Notes under the pieces: model-generated
What the model was told of the DNA's origin: nothing
Databases searched by the model: none
What the model saw: the letters and a program-made list of their open reading frames with translations, nothing else
Translations under genes and position numbers: made by a program
Shown here: positions 13,383 to 26,445 of the stretch, piece after piece
Layout of the letters: each line of letters begins with the position of its first letter
How positions within the stretch are numbered: position 1 is the stretch's first letter
NCBI GenBank assembly: GCA_964016885.1
Contig: OZ024741.1
Span: forward strand, 60,388,001-60,452,000
Origin: Eledone cirrhosa
Taxonomy: Eukaryota
DNA: 64,000 bases
Direction: 5' to 3'

Positions 13383-14288
13383 CATGTGTGGATTAGAATA
13401 CGGTGGCGATTGAAAATTTTGAAAATAGAATCAGTGGTTTTCACCATATGTTCACTACAGATAATAGTCTAATATTAAGGTATTAAGTATATGAACCCGA
13501 GCGTTCTAATCTTATTGTCTCCGTTATGGGGGTTAATATGTCCTAATAGACTAATTTCTGTAGTCAATATACTACCTAAACTTCTAATACTATCTTTTAA
13601 ATATATATCTCATCTCAGGCGCATTTCCAACATTATACGGTCTAAATGTACTACCCTATCGTACGAAGTTGTATTGTATTTTTACTCTACCCAATTTCAC
13701 TCACAAGGTATGGGTTGATCCGAGGATATGGCAAATGACAATATTCGACGATGCCAGGCAGTGGGACCAAATCTCAGGTCTAATGATTGTGTAGTGAACC
13801 TCTTAATCATTCGGCCATGTTGTATCGACACTATTCTAATATAGATTTGAGAATTCATAGAAAAATTGTACCAGAACCAGAACCAGAGCTGCTTCCCTTT
13901 CATAAACCAGCAACTGTTTCACACTTGACTATTACTTGAGCAGTTTCCAATACATTCCACATCACATGTAACTTAGTCATATTTACTACGCTCTCTGCAT
14001 AAAATCAATATAATAAAGTCACGTCCGTTCTGTCCCATTCCCAATGCATGAAACTATCCACCTCAAGGATTACAAAACAATCCATTAAAAGCTTGGATTG
14101 GTGGGTGAAGCCGATAATCATTAGATACTACAGAAAACATGATTCTGGCAAAGCTTTCAAATCTATTTAAATTTAATAAGCAACTATCGATATCATAAAA
14201 GCGGAGAGTTTATAAATATGTATGAATATATATCATGTGAGGGTTGCATTGTAAAGATAAAGCCATCAATTCATGATGGATAATTTTA

Positions 14289-14361
14289 TTAAAATAGACT
14301 AAGCCCCTTGAAATAGACAATTGAAATAGCTGCTCCAAGTAGAAAGGAAGTAGACAATTTC
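14289..14361 (-). CDS. Possible terminal coding exon (hydrophobic C-terminus) of an unidentified host gene
   Basis: Acceptor TTCCTTTCAACAG, then G + KLSTSFLLGAAISIVYFKGLSLF*; lies in unique-looking sequence; no homology recognised. Confidence 0.2.
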
Positions 14362-14920
14362 CTGTTGAAAGGAAATATGAATTAAACAGCAATTTGTTCT
14401 TTCTGGTTATTTTTACTGGCTGAAGCCTAACATATCGAAGAGTTGGCAGCCATGAAAAACTAAGAGAGATTATTGTGTTAATATTAGCATATTCCATTAT
14501 TCTCAATATTTCAGTGAATTATAAACCCTTATTTTTATCACTATCTATTTTCGCTTCCGTGTGCGTGTGTGCATATGAGTGTCGGTGTATGTGTGTGTTT
14601 GTGTGTGCGTGTGTTTGTGTGTGTGTGTATGTGTGTGTGTGTGTGCGTGCGTGTTTGTGTATGTGTGCCTGCGTATATATGTGTGTGCGAATGCATGGTT
14701 ATGCGAAGGCATGTGGTCATATGGTTAGGAAGATTGACTCGTAATCCTAAGGTCATACACTCGGTTCATATATAGAACTGGGCATTGTATTCTTAATCAA
14801 AATACATTATTACACATTGCTCTTGCTGTTTGGGGTTATGATCGGCAGTTTAATAGTATCAGCGAGGTAAAACCAATCGAAACATTATTTTATTGATCTG
14901 GTCTATCGATTGGCTCCTTT

Positions 14921-14967
<47 letters not shown>

Positions 14968-14984
14968 AATATGATGATAATAAT

Positions 14985-15310
14985 GGAGCTGCGGCGTTGC
15001 AAATGGGATACATATGAAAAAGTGAGTCCTTCATCAGTGACCCTCCAACCGTCCTCGGCATTTCATCGCTTTAAGGGCCATATGCCTCAGGTTGGTGCGA
15101 ACAACGGCTAAAAAAAGTCGTTGGGACACGTAAATAAAGGGGGACGCTAGAGTAACAACAAAAAGGTTTAAGCAACGGAAAGTGAGTAGAAATAGACAAG
15201 TCCCAGATCTCTATGAATATAAACTCTGTGAAATCGTGAACAAGAGACGAAAGACCATCAGACCTGGTTGAAATGTGAGCAAGGAAAGAATTTCGCCCAA
15301 GTTTGACGGG
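14985..15310 (-). repeat. Copy of the 3051-3883 family
   Basis: Shares GTCCTTCATCAGTGA, TTTCATCGCTTTAA, GGTTGGTGCGA..AACGGCTAAA.AAAGTCGTTGGGACAC. Confidence 0.75.
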
Positions 15311-15402
15311 GGGGGGGGAAAGATACCTTAACGGTTCAAGAATAACTTGAACCGTTTAGGTATCTTTTCTTGGTTATGTCAAAATTTATATAACAAACCT
15401 TG

Positions 15403-15470
15403 TATTTTATCTGATGAAAGCGTACAAAAATGTTGGTACTCTTGAAATATATATAATACAATAAATATGG
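15403..15470 (+). ncRNA. Minimal type I hammerhead in a pLTR fragment
   Basis: TATTTTAT-CTGATGA-AAG.GTAC/GTAC.CTT-GAAA-TATATATA^ATACAATA; downstream tail shared with 36660-36707. Confidence 0.6.
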
Positions 15471-15804
15471 TTTTATAAATATAGTTTCCATTTATTTAAT
15501 ATCATTGAATATTATACTCCAGAAAAACCTGTGGAGGGCTCTGAATTTTTATTTGTTGAATTACTAACAAATTGAATATCCCATTTGCTTTCTGTCGAGA
15601 GCTTAATTCGTTTTGTGATATTTTGCAATTTTGCAGTAACCACACATACTGAATTAATTCGCCAAGACAAGGAGTTCTCTCCCTTCTAACCCCCCCCCCC
15701 CTCCACGTGGGTTCAGATGACTACCAGTTCCTTAGCTTTGCATAGAACTAAGTGCCTGATCATCATACCAAAAGCTTAATATTATTTGTTTATGCAGACA
15801 GTAC

Positions 15805-16442
15805 TTTTGTCAGTGTTGAACAAAAGGCCAACGATGGTTGCTAAACACTGTACGGCTTAATTCGGGCTGTTTTTTTTACAAACAAAACGAGCATTATAAT
15901 AAATGTTCGGTAAATCCATACGTACATATATATATATATATGTTTGCATGTATGTATATATATCCATACTACTGTACGTCTGTATACAGAAATGTATGTA
16001 CGTATACATACTTATATTTAAGTAACAGCCGTACTAAGAGTGAGAAAAGAAATTTCGTTTCATTTTTCCATTTATCGTTTTCGGTGCGCCCGGCCGATTA
16101 ACTCACTCGATATGCAAATTAGACTGCTCAGCCGTTAATATGCATCAAGAAAAAATATAGTTTCAGACGTTCAATCATCTGGCAGGAAGGTATACGGTGC
16201 TGACGATAGCTAATAAGCTTGAAACTAGTACATCGTTCCTTTTTCACTGTTGAACAAAGGGGTAACGATGGTTGCTTTACACTGTATGGCTTAATTCGGG
16301 CTGTTTGTTTACAAACAAACCGATCATTATGATAAATGTTCGGTAAATCCATACGTACATATATATATATGTGTGCATGTATGTATATATAGATACATAC
16401 TACTGTACGTCTGTATACATATATGTATGTACGTATACATAC

Positions 16443-16447
<5 letters not shown>
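15805..16447 (+). mobile_element. Retrozyme-like family A, ~1.5 copies of a 434 bp unit
   Basis: Unit landmark repeats at 15811 and 16245; HHR at 16195-16235. Confidence 0.8.
16195..16235 (+). ncRNA. Type I hammerhead ribozyme, family A
   Basis: CGGTG-CTGACGA-T AGCT AATA AGCT T-GAAAC TA GTA^CATCG; distal stem I AGGAA/TTCCT beyond a GGTATA bulge. Confidence 0.85.
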
Positions 16448-16499
<52 letters not shown>

Positions 16500-16500
<1 letters not shown>

Positions 16501-17163
16501 TTTCATATTACAATCGGTACCAGGATTGAACGCCTGTCTCAATCTCCGTTTCATTGTCAAAATACATATTAACATTCTTTATTAATCTTAATTCTATCAA
16601 CTCTTCTATTCTTTAACATTTAATATATAAAATGAGATTTCTTAATTCAATTACCTAATGCATATACCAGCAGGCTTCCAGCATTGTTGTTATACAGTAG
16701 CAGTGAAAATCTCTCTCTTCCTTACTTGACACTTTATTCCTGTATTAATACTACTACACCAAACGACAACCCCTGTCCATTGTTCAATTGGTCAAATATA
16801 GATTAAAATAGGCACTCCCAAAAATTCTTATTTAGATAAAATAAGCCATATACGCATTGTATTCTCATTAAAAACCTTCTATATACTTGTTTACCAGCAA
16901 ATTGAATTGCCATCTGTCATATACTATCCCTTCTCATCTTCCTTTCTTACAACTAATATAAATACTTTAATTTTTCTGATTTTTTCCAATTTATCCAATA
17001 TCTCTGAAGGAGTGACAACTGATTATACATTTGCTATCGAATACTTGCTAATATTATATGATTACGCAAGCAGCGATACATAGGTATTCCGTCTGTTACA
17101 GAAACATATGTCAAAACCTAATAAATTCCTTTATAAAAGCACTTTCATTTTATATTCATCTTT
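16500..17163 (+). repeat. ~670 bp probable PLE 3' remnant, duplicated at 18498-19170
   Basis: Begins [10 protein letters not shown] (resembles the GIY-YIG C-terminal I....P.LN); ends with degenerate CTGAAG...GAAACATATGTC and AATAAA. Confidence 0.5.
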
Positions 17164-17235
17164 CTATATATATATATATATAATATATATATGTATATAT
17201 GTATATTATATATATATATAATATTTATATATATG

Positions 17236-17342
<107 letters not shown>

Positions 17343-17473
17343 AATATTTTATATACATATGTATATATATATATATATGTATATATATATAATATATATA
17401 TATGTATATATATATAATATATATATATTATATTTATATATTATATTTATATATGTATATATAGATATGTATA

Positions 17474-18475
17474 TATAAACGGAAAAAATGAAACGTAATT
17501 TCATTTCCTACTCTTAGTACGGCTGTTACTTAAATATAAGTATGTACACGTACATACATATATGTATACAGACGTACATTATTATGTATATATATATATA
17601 CACATACATGCACAGATATATATATGTACGTATGGATTCACTGAACATTTATTATAATGCTCGGTGTGTTTGTAATCAAACATCCCGTATTAAGCCGTAG
17701 TGTCGAGCAACCACCGTTGCACGTGTGTTCAACACTGACAAAGGAACGCTGTACTAGTTTCAAGCTTATTAGCTATCGTCAGCAATTGATATGCAAATTG
17801 GGCTACTCAGCTAATAAGCTTGAAACTAGAACAGCGTTCCTTTGTCAGTGTTGAACAAACGAGCAACGATGGTTCCTAGACACTACGGCTTAATACCGGA
17901 TGTTTGATTACAAACACACCGAGCATTATAATAAATGTTCGGTGAATCCATACGTACACATATATATATATATATATATGTGTGCACGTATGTATGTATA
18001 TACATACTACTGTATTTCTGTATACATATATGTATGTACGTGTACATACTTATATTTAAGTAACATCCGTACTAAGAATGGGAAATGAAATTTCGCTTCA
18101 TTTTTTTCCGTTTATCGTTTTAGGTGCACCCGGCCGATTAATCCACTCGATATGCAAATTGGGCTACTCAGCCGTTAATATGTATAAGGTAAGTATATAC
18201 GTTCAACAATCTGACAGGAAGGTATACGTTGCTGACGATACCTAATAAGCTTGAAACTAGTACAGCGTTCCTTTGTCAGTGGTGAACAAACGAGCAACGA
18301 TGGTTGCTAGACACTACGGCTTAATTCGGGATGTTTGATTACAAACACACCGAGCATTATAATAAATGTTCGGTAAATCGATACGTACATATATATATGT
18401 GTGCATATATGTATATATATATACATACTACTGTACGTTTGTATACATAAATGTATGTACGTATACATACTTATT
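17474..18475. mobile_element. Family A inverted (tail-out) array
   Basis: Minus arm 17474-17785 (HHR 17747-17785); plus arm from 17786 (partial HHR ~17809, full 18227-18267). Confidence 0.8.
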
Positions 18476-18497
18476 TATATATATATATATATATACG

Positions 18498-19164
18498 TTT
18501 TTCATATTACAATCGGTACCAGGATTGAACGCTTGTCTCCTTCTACGTTTGATTGTCAAAATACATATTAACATTCTTGATTAGTCTTAATTCTATCAAC
18601 TCTTCTATTCTTTATCATTTAATATAAATTGCTCTAGATAAAATGAGATGTCTTAATTCAATTCCCTAATGCATATACCAGCAGGCTTCCAGCATTGTTG
18701 TTATATAGTAGCAGTGAAAATCTCTCTTCGTTACTTGACATTTTATTTCTGTATTAATACTACTACACCAAACGACAACCCCTGTCCATTGTTCAATTGG
18801 TCAAATATAGATTAAAATAGGCACTCCCAAAAATACTTATTTAGATAAAATAAGCCAAATACTCATTGTATTCTCATTAAAAACCTTCTATATACTTGTT
18901 TACCAGCAAATTGAATTGCCATCTGTCATATACTATCCCTTCTCTTCTTTCTTTCTTACAACTAATATAAATACTTTAATTTTTCTGATTTTTTCCAATT
19001 TATCCAATATCTCTGAAGAAGTGACAACTGATTATACATTTGCTATCGAATACTTTCTAACATTATATGATTACGCAAGCAGCGATACATAGGTATTCTG
19101 TCTGTTAAAGAAACATGTCAATACCTAATAAATTCCTTTATAAAAGCACTTTCATTTTATATTC

Positions 19165-19170
<6 letters not shown>
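18498..19170 (+). repeat. Second copy of 16500-17163
   Basis: High-identity direct repeat, also preceded by the same family A end. Confidence 0.85.
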
Positions 19171-19252
<82 letters not shown>

Positions 19253-19294
19253 TTTATATGTATAACATATAATATATATATATATATTATATAC

Positions 19295-19329
<35 letters not shown>

Positions 19330-19370
19330 ATATATGTATATAATATATATATATATATAATATATATATG

Positions 19371-19419
<49 letters not shown>

Positions 19420-19569
19420 AAGGATAAAATACTGGAGCGTGTTGGAGTTAAACACCCTCTTCGTATTATAGAAATGACAGTAAAAGGTATAGCTCAATGT
19501 AGTTAAACAGAGCCGAAAAATTAAGAGAGTAAAACAAATAAGCCTTCAATACATCAAAAGTCTTTATTA

Positions 19570-19607
19570 GCCGACAATGTTTCGTCCTATTAAGGACTCA
19601 TCAGGGC
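19570..19607 (-). ncRNA. Minimal type I hammerhead, canonical core
   Basis: GCC-CTGATGA-GTCCT TAAT AGGAC-GAAAC ATT GTC^GGC, then TAATAAA. Confidence 0.85.
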
Positions 19608-19721
19608 AATTCAAACAACAAGAAGTAATAACGGCAGATACAAGCCAGAAGCTCCGAAGAATAAGGAGTGTACATATACTAAAGTATTGCAAAAATATAT
19701 AATAAAAATAATAAAAATATA

Positions 19722-19911
19722 TAATTGTTTCTACTTTTGGCACAAGGCCAGCAATTGCCCAGTACATTACTGGTACTTTATTTTATCGACCCTGTAAGGA
19801 TGAAAGGCAAAGTTAACCTCGGCGGGATTTGAACTCAGAATGGCAAGGGCCGTAACTCTATGCGTCAAAGCATGGCGTCCGGCCCTCTACCGATACTGCC
19901 AATCTACCGCC
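19722..19911 (-). mobile_element. tRNA-derived SINE nested in the pLTR
   Basis: Reverse-complement copy of the 13003 family; absent from the sister pLTR at ~26100. Confidence 0.8.
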
Positions 19912-21713
19912 CTAAAATAAATAATATAATGAAAATTACTAAGGATGTATGTGACATTAAGAACCATATTACAAATATAGTCCAGAGCAAAAAAAATATA
20001 TATCTGGGATCTTAAGGGAGCTAATATACCATATAGCCTTAACTGGGATTTAGTAGCACGCTCTAACCACCTTTCTATACATACTAAGTTTTGTAATCTC
20101 TGCATCCTTGAGACACACTATATAATTTTCTCTAGCGTACCCTTACTTAATAGAAAGTCTGAAATATTCTCTTCTTGCCCCCACGCTATTTCTAATTCAT
20201 ACTTTTATTATAAACCTAAACGTTCTAGTAGTACAAATTGTACCCATTAGCTGATATATTCCATTATTTATTTTTAGTTTAGGTTCCTTTGTTTTCCAAC
20301 GTCATTATTATTATCATCATTATTACCATTGGTTTTTGATGACTCTTTATTTTAGCTCTCATAACCTTTTGGCTACTGTACCATATCTGTCTTCTAACGC
20401 ATTAGATTTTCACTATTACACCTTTTGAATTATATAAGATTATATATTTTACGCTATTTATTTTATTTTTATTTTTATTTTTACTTTTATTTTTATTTTT
20501 ATTCGGATTCTTCTTTGGATAACCCCCCCCCCCCATGCGCACATAAACTTATTGTCATCCCCTCCAAATTGACTATGATTATATTTAACACCCCCCTCTT
20601 TTACGCTCCTTTCTATTAAGTAATATAGTATATCGACTATATTTTATGCCCCTTTGCATCCTCCATATATTTCTTCATTTCTGTCCCTATTGGCCTACCT
20701 TAATTCTGCTTAAGTCATTTTTTAGGTATCGTTATGTATATGATAGGAAAAAATTTTCATTCCTTTTTGTAAACATTTGTAACGAAATATTAATGTTTAT
20801 AAACTTTAATTACTTAAACTATAGCTAATATTATACTGCCTTATTGGATAGTTTAAATATTTTTAATATTAATTTATCAAATAGGGTTTCCTTAGGTTTT
20901 ACTTAAATACTTAAATACTTAACTGCATGTGAGACCTAAATGCATACGTTTGTTTTTGTTTTTTAATCTCCGGGTGATTCTATTTATTTATTTATTTATT
21001 TAATTCTATATTTTATACTGTATATTTTATTAATATTGTGCATTGCATTTACGGTCTGGCATTTACTCACTCATCCATATATATGTATGTCTACCAACCT
21101 TGTAATTATAAGTAATTATATATTATATTATGTTAACTTATTTTATATAATATATTATATTATATTGTATTTTTTATTGTAATATTGATCCTTATCACTT
21201 ACCGTTAATTATATGTAACATTATGATTTGTTAAACTTTATCTGTTAGAACACGAAAAGTGTGAAACAACAGAATGTTCACTTTTCGTGTTCTAACATAT
21301 ATGCGTAGCTTCTTAAAAAATTTTTCGGGGATAGCCGTGGTGGTGGTGATCGTATGTCATTGGCTAATTTTCAACCAATCAGAGTACCTCTCTCTATATC
21401 TCTTCCACTGTTACTTACGCCTGTTTCTCTCTATCTGTTCCGTCTCTATATATATCTCTTACTCTTTCGCTTTGCACTCCTCCCCTTCAATACCATCTCT
21501 CCCCCTCTCTATATATTTGTTACTCTATCGCTGCACGCTTCTCTCCTTCAATATATCAATTACACACGCTTTACACTCCTTTATCCCCAGCGCCCCTATA
21601 TATACACCCCCCCCCTCTCCCGCATCTATATTTTAATGTACCGTTGCACCGTGAATATATGTGTCTATATATATATATATAGTAACTACTGGTAACATGT
21701 ATAACTACTATAG

Positions 21714-22305
21714 TAACTACTGGTAACATGTATCCCAGTACAACCTGTCCCATGGTCGGGTCGTTGGCGACTAAACTGGCAACCCCACCAAGGTTTCTTG
21801 GTGAGGAGGGTGACTTTGGACATCCTGCAGGACTAAAAACAAAACCTGTCAAAGGGCAAAGGAGCTCTTAAGAGTCAATGGCCATCCAAAATCACCGGGA
21901 GAGATGACCCCTTAGCCTTTGTCAAGGCAGAATTCTAGGAGAAGGAAAACTCTGATATAACACCTGCAACCCTGATGGTATCCAATGATGTTGACTTGTT
22001 CTTCTTTTTGGTAAATATCATCTTGGTTAAGAGAGTGGGACTGGCTTTGTGCAGTGCCTTTGCTCACTATAAAAGCTTCACGGCACAGGCATTGCTTTAT
22101 ATCTGGAAATCTCTCTGCACTTGTCGTCACATGGTACCATGGGCCCAGCACTATGTGTCAGTAATTGTCACAGGTGTAGTGTTTGTACCAGAGTTTTCAA
22201 GTCGCTGGCTGGACTAAAAAGTCACACTCGTTCAGCGCATCGGTAGGGGTTCTCCTACATGGATATAAAGTAGTGGCCGTACTCGAAAACGAGTTGGCAG
22301 CCACC
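21714..22305 (+). mobile_element. ~590 bp non-autonomous element, probably RTE-derived
   Basis: Near-identical inverted copy at 45282-45872; CTAGGAGAAGGAAAACTCTGA motif resembling RTE 5' UTRs; microsatellite tail. Confidence 0.6.
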
Positions 22306-23297
22306 ATATATATATATACATATATATTGTATATACACATTCATGTATGTGTATACACACTCATGTATGTATATACACTGGTTTTATGTGTGTATTGTAA
22401 ATTTGTACTGTTAAAACACGAAACTAACATTCGATTGACACTTTGATTACCTGTACAGGCAATAGTTATTAGAATGCTGTTGAAGTGTGTATATATTTTT
22501 GGGGGACATCCTGTATATACACACATTATATATAATACAATAAACAGATAAATACACACATATATATATGAGCTTATTTAATTATAAATATTGTGAATTT
22601 TTAACTCAGTTCAATTATATATATAAATGGTTTCTACAGGACTAGAACTGTTTCATTCGAAAGAAATCATCATAATATTGAGAGGGGGGACTAGATAAAA
22701 TATTTCAAATCAAATGTGTATAAGTTATAAGTTAAAATGTATAAATAGAGACGATAGTGGAGGTATATCTGTTTAGTGGAACAGTAGACGATAGAATTAA
22801 ATACAGACGATAATCTCCCTTTAATGAAACAGCAGACGATAGAATTAAGGCAATTTAAATTTTAAGCATTTGCATTTTTGCCTTTCATCGTTACGGGGTC
22901 GATAAAATAAAGTACCAGTAATACACTGTCACTAGACGACTTTCAAATTGAATTGTTGGTTCCATTTCTTTAGTATTTTCAATTGTAGTTATCTACTTAA
23001 AAAGCGTTACACGGTTAGAGACATAATTCGTAAGTTATATCTTCCCTATTAAACCATTGCATTATTTCGCCTACAATAGAACAAAAATGAAATGTTCTTT
23101 AAAGAAACAGGAATATAACTTTATAAAAAAAAAAGTTGCATCCGCTTCTTTTATCATTAATAATTTTTTCGTTTTAATATTAATTGTTTTTTGTAGTTGT
23201 TTATATTAAAAATCTTACTGTAATATTTACTTAAACGAAGGCAAACATCTAAACTTATAGATTAATCTTGAGCGAAGGACTAGATAAATCTCTCTCC

Positions 23298-23332
<35 letters not shown>

Positions 23333-23714
23333 AACGAAGAATGATAACATTTCAAGCAAAGAGTTTAATTAGGTATATTTTGTAATATTATTAACTAATT
23401 ATTATAATTAACGCGCATATTTTGCTATCCTCAAACACGTTTACACATGGCATGAAATATAACTAATCCGAGATGGCTAGGTTTCATCTTCTAACTGGAT
23501 ATACGAAATCCATTATGTCTTGACAACAACATGAGGTAACATTATGTTATTCACAGACACACTTTGTACACTGTTCCATATCAGAATGTATTTCCTTCGT
23601 CACATTCACAAACAGTATTGAAAATATGTTCTTCGGCAAATAAAAATGTTTTGTTCATAATATTTCAACTAGCGATTGCTCTACTCCACGCACGACCACC
23701 ATAAATTAATGACC

Positions 23715-23900
23715 AGCTCAACACAAGTATTGGTAGAGCGTCAGACACCATGCTTTGCAGTATTGTTATGGTCCTTTGCATTCTAAGTTCAAATCCTGCC
23801 GAGGTTAACTTCGACTTTCATACTTACTAATTCGATAAAATAAAGTACCAGTAATAGACTGCCGTAATGGATTTGTGCCGAAAAATAGAAACACTATTAA
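23715..23900 (+). mobile_element. tRNA-derived SINE
   Basis: GGTAGAGCGTCAGAC..GTTCAAATCC..GATAAAATAAAGTACCAGT. Confidence 0.75.
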
Positions 23901-24449
23901 TGTGCAATAAGAGCAAAATATAACGACATTGCTCAATTATTTTATCTAATGCTGTAATAACACAAGGAAATGTTGTTTGTGTATTTTTTTTTATATTTGC
24001 TCATAGGCTTTTACAATTTCGCTCAGCCAACAACTATTAAAAAGTGAGTTGCTTAAGATAACAATTTAATCACAAATTGTTGCTATCTTTTAATACACTC
24101 CAACAAGTCATCAAATTATGTACAATAAAAACAAATCTTATTAATTTTCTCAGGGAATATAAAGAAAATGTATATACACTGATAATTGCAATTGTATGTA
24201 AATATTTTGTTTTTGTATTGTATATTTTATGTTTTCTATTATGTATAATATATTGATTTAATATTGATTGTTTTTTGTAGTTGTTTATATTAAAAGTCTG
24301 AAAATATTTTTATACATCTTACACTAATATTTATAAGATAATTTATAATAACAATTACATAATCTAATTACATTACAACGATAATTTATTATTAATATAT
24401 ATCCTGTTTAACTAGAGTTATTACAAGCGTTGCCTTAAAAAAATATTAA

Positions 24450-25406
24450 ACTAGACATGAAAAATGCGCAAGCTCAAAAGTGCCACAGAATGTTATAATA
24501 AACCTTCAAAAGTGTGGGACTAGAGTTGTTGCTAAAAAATATTGTAATCATTATATATCGTACATTCTGTGGCATCCTTTATAAAAATAGCTTAAACCAA
24601 CGAAGCCTTTATTTTTACGCTATTTCACTTAGTTAATTCTTAGAGTGTAACATATAAAAATAAATACATCTATGTTTAATGTAATAACAGCTATAAATAA
24701 TTACGTAATATTATTATCATATACTCATAGTAACAAAATAATTGTGTTGAAACTTAATATGATGCTTATATGAACGATCAAATCTATAATGATAATTTCT
24801 TAAATATACTAATAGTAAAATAATTTAGTTATCTATTGTTACATTTTCATAGAACTATAATATTAACAATCGTATTGCATTATCAAATTTTTATCACTAC
24901 AAACTTTCATATTGGAATTACCTTAAGCCACTTATTATTACTTCGCTTTCGTACTTTTACAGCTGTAGATATTGCGCTGTATCTTATATCTAATATCAAT
25001 ATCTCGTGGTAATTTGCATGAAGTGTAAAATAGGTTTATTAATAACTTTAATATGAAATGTATTATACAGGGCTGCGGAGTCGGCCAAAAATTGACTGGC
25101 TCCAACTCAGGATCCGATACTCTATTATTTCCTAAATTTCAGCTCCGCAGCTCTGTTATTATATTAATTAATTTATTTTATAGTTGTAAATGATATTTTT
25201 ATATGTTACACTCTAAGAATTAACTAAGTGAAATAGCGTAAAAATAAAGGCTTCGTTGGTTTAAGCTATTTTTATAAAGGATGCCACAGAATGTACGATA
25301 TATAATGATTACAATATTTTTTAGCAACAACTCTAGTCCCACACTTTTGAAGGTTTATTATAACATTCTGTGGCACTTTTGAGCTTGCGCATTTTTCATG
25401 TCTAGT
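24450..25406. repeat. ~212 bp near-perfect inverted repeats with ~530 bp spacer
   Basis: 24450-24661 is the reverse complement of 25194-25406; each arm has an internal TGCCACAGAATGT/ACATTCTGTGGCA hairpin. Confidence 0.85.
25068..25155. mobile_element. 88 bp hAT-type MITE
   Basis: TIRs CAGGGCTGCGGAG / CTCCGCAGCTCTG; 8 bp flanks GTATTATA / TTATTATA (7/8 match). Confidence 0.6.
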
Positions 25407-26216
25407 ATATCATGTAGGATCTTTGTATTTTTGTACCAACAAAATTCCTTTGGGGATAGTGTACAATTTATTTATTTTTCCTCGCCTACTCTGTAACCCA
25501 ATATGAATTGATTTGTTAACTTGAGTACCATTATATATTGTTGATTATAAGTGTTAGTATATTGTATATTATAGATCTTGGTATGTTATATTATATTATA
25601 ATTATATTATTATTGTGACATCTATATTGTTTGTGTAAATTAACCGGAGATTATCCATTCTATTATATTGTATTATATAGTATATAATTGTATTGTTTAT
25701 TATTGATTATATGTGCTACTTATAATTATATCATATTATTACCCCATGTATATTGGGTAGATGTATTAGTATTATCATTATTATTATTCTCATTCCTATC
25801 ATGCTCATTTTCATATTCAAACTCTTGATATGGTTAAATTTGTGCAGTTGAAGATAGATGTGCGTATTGTTGTAGGTGTATGTGTGTGTGAGTGTGCACA
25901 CATATATACATATGCATAATGTACCTTTTGATTTTCCATTGTAACTTTAATGTTGGTAAAGGTATAATTATATTATATTACATTATATTATATATGATTC
26001 CTGATCTATATAACCACCTTTGTCTAGCTCTAGGTTTTTTACTTTGGACTATATTTGTAATATGGTTCTTAATGTCACATACATCCTTAGTAATTTTCAT
26101 TATATATTTTTATTATTTTTATTATATATTTTTGCAATACTTTAGTATATGTACACTCCATATTCTTCGGAGCTTCTGGCTTGTATCTGCCGTTATTACT
26201 TCTTGTTGTTTGAAGT

Positions 26217-26254
26217 GCCCTGATGAGTCCTTAATAGGACGAAACATTGTCGGC
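26217..26254 (+). ncRNA. Minimal type I hammerhead in 3' pLTR (26045-26300)
   Basis: GCC-CTGATGA-GTCCT TAAT AGGAC-GAAAC ATT GTC^GGC-TAATAAA; identical to 19570-19607. Confidence 0.85.
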
Positions 26255-26320
26255 TAATAAAGACTTTTGATGTATTGAAGGCTTCTTTGTTTTACTCTCT
26301 TAATATATATATATGTATAT

Positions 26321-26389
<69 letters not shown>

Positions 26390-26445
26390 TATTGTATTTA
26401 TATATTATATTTATATATGTATATATATATATATAAATATGTATA

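Larger units (their letters stand above)
19417..20230. mobile_element. Inverted pLTR (19417-19985) fused to a GIY-YIG C-terminal fragment (+)
   Basis: YIWDLKGANIPYSLNW...CNLCILE..YII...LLNRKSEIFSSCPH on plus from ~19995; inverted part matches 26045-26300. Confidence 0.8.

Noticed and set aside
17657-17854. Recurrent short ORFs (ERCTSFKLISYRQ) as a peptide family
   Set aside because: Antisense reading of the family A hammerhead; starts, stops and frames vary between copies.
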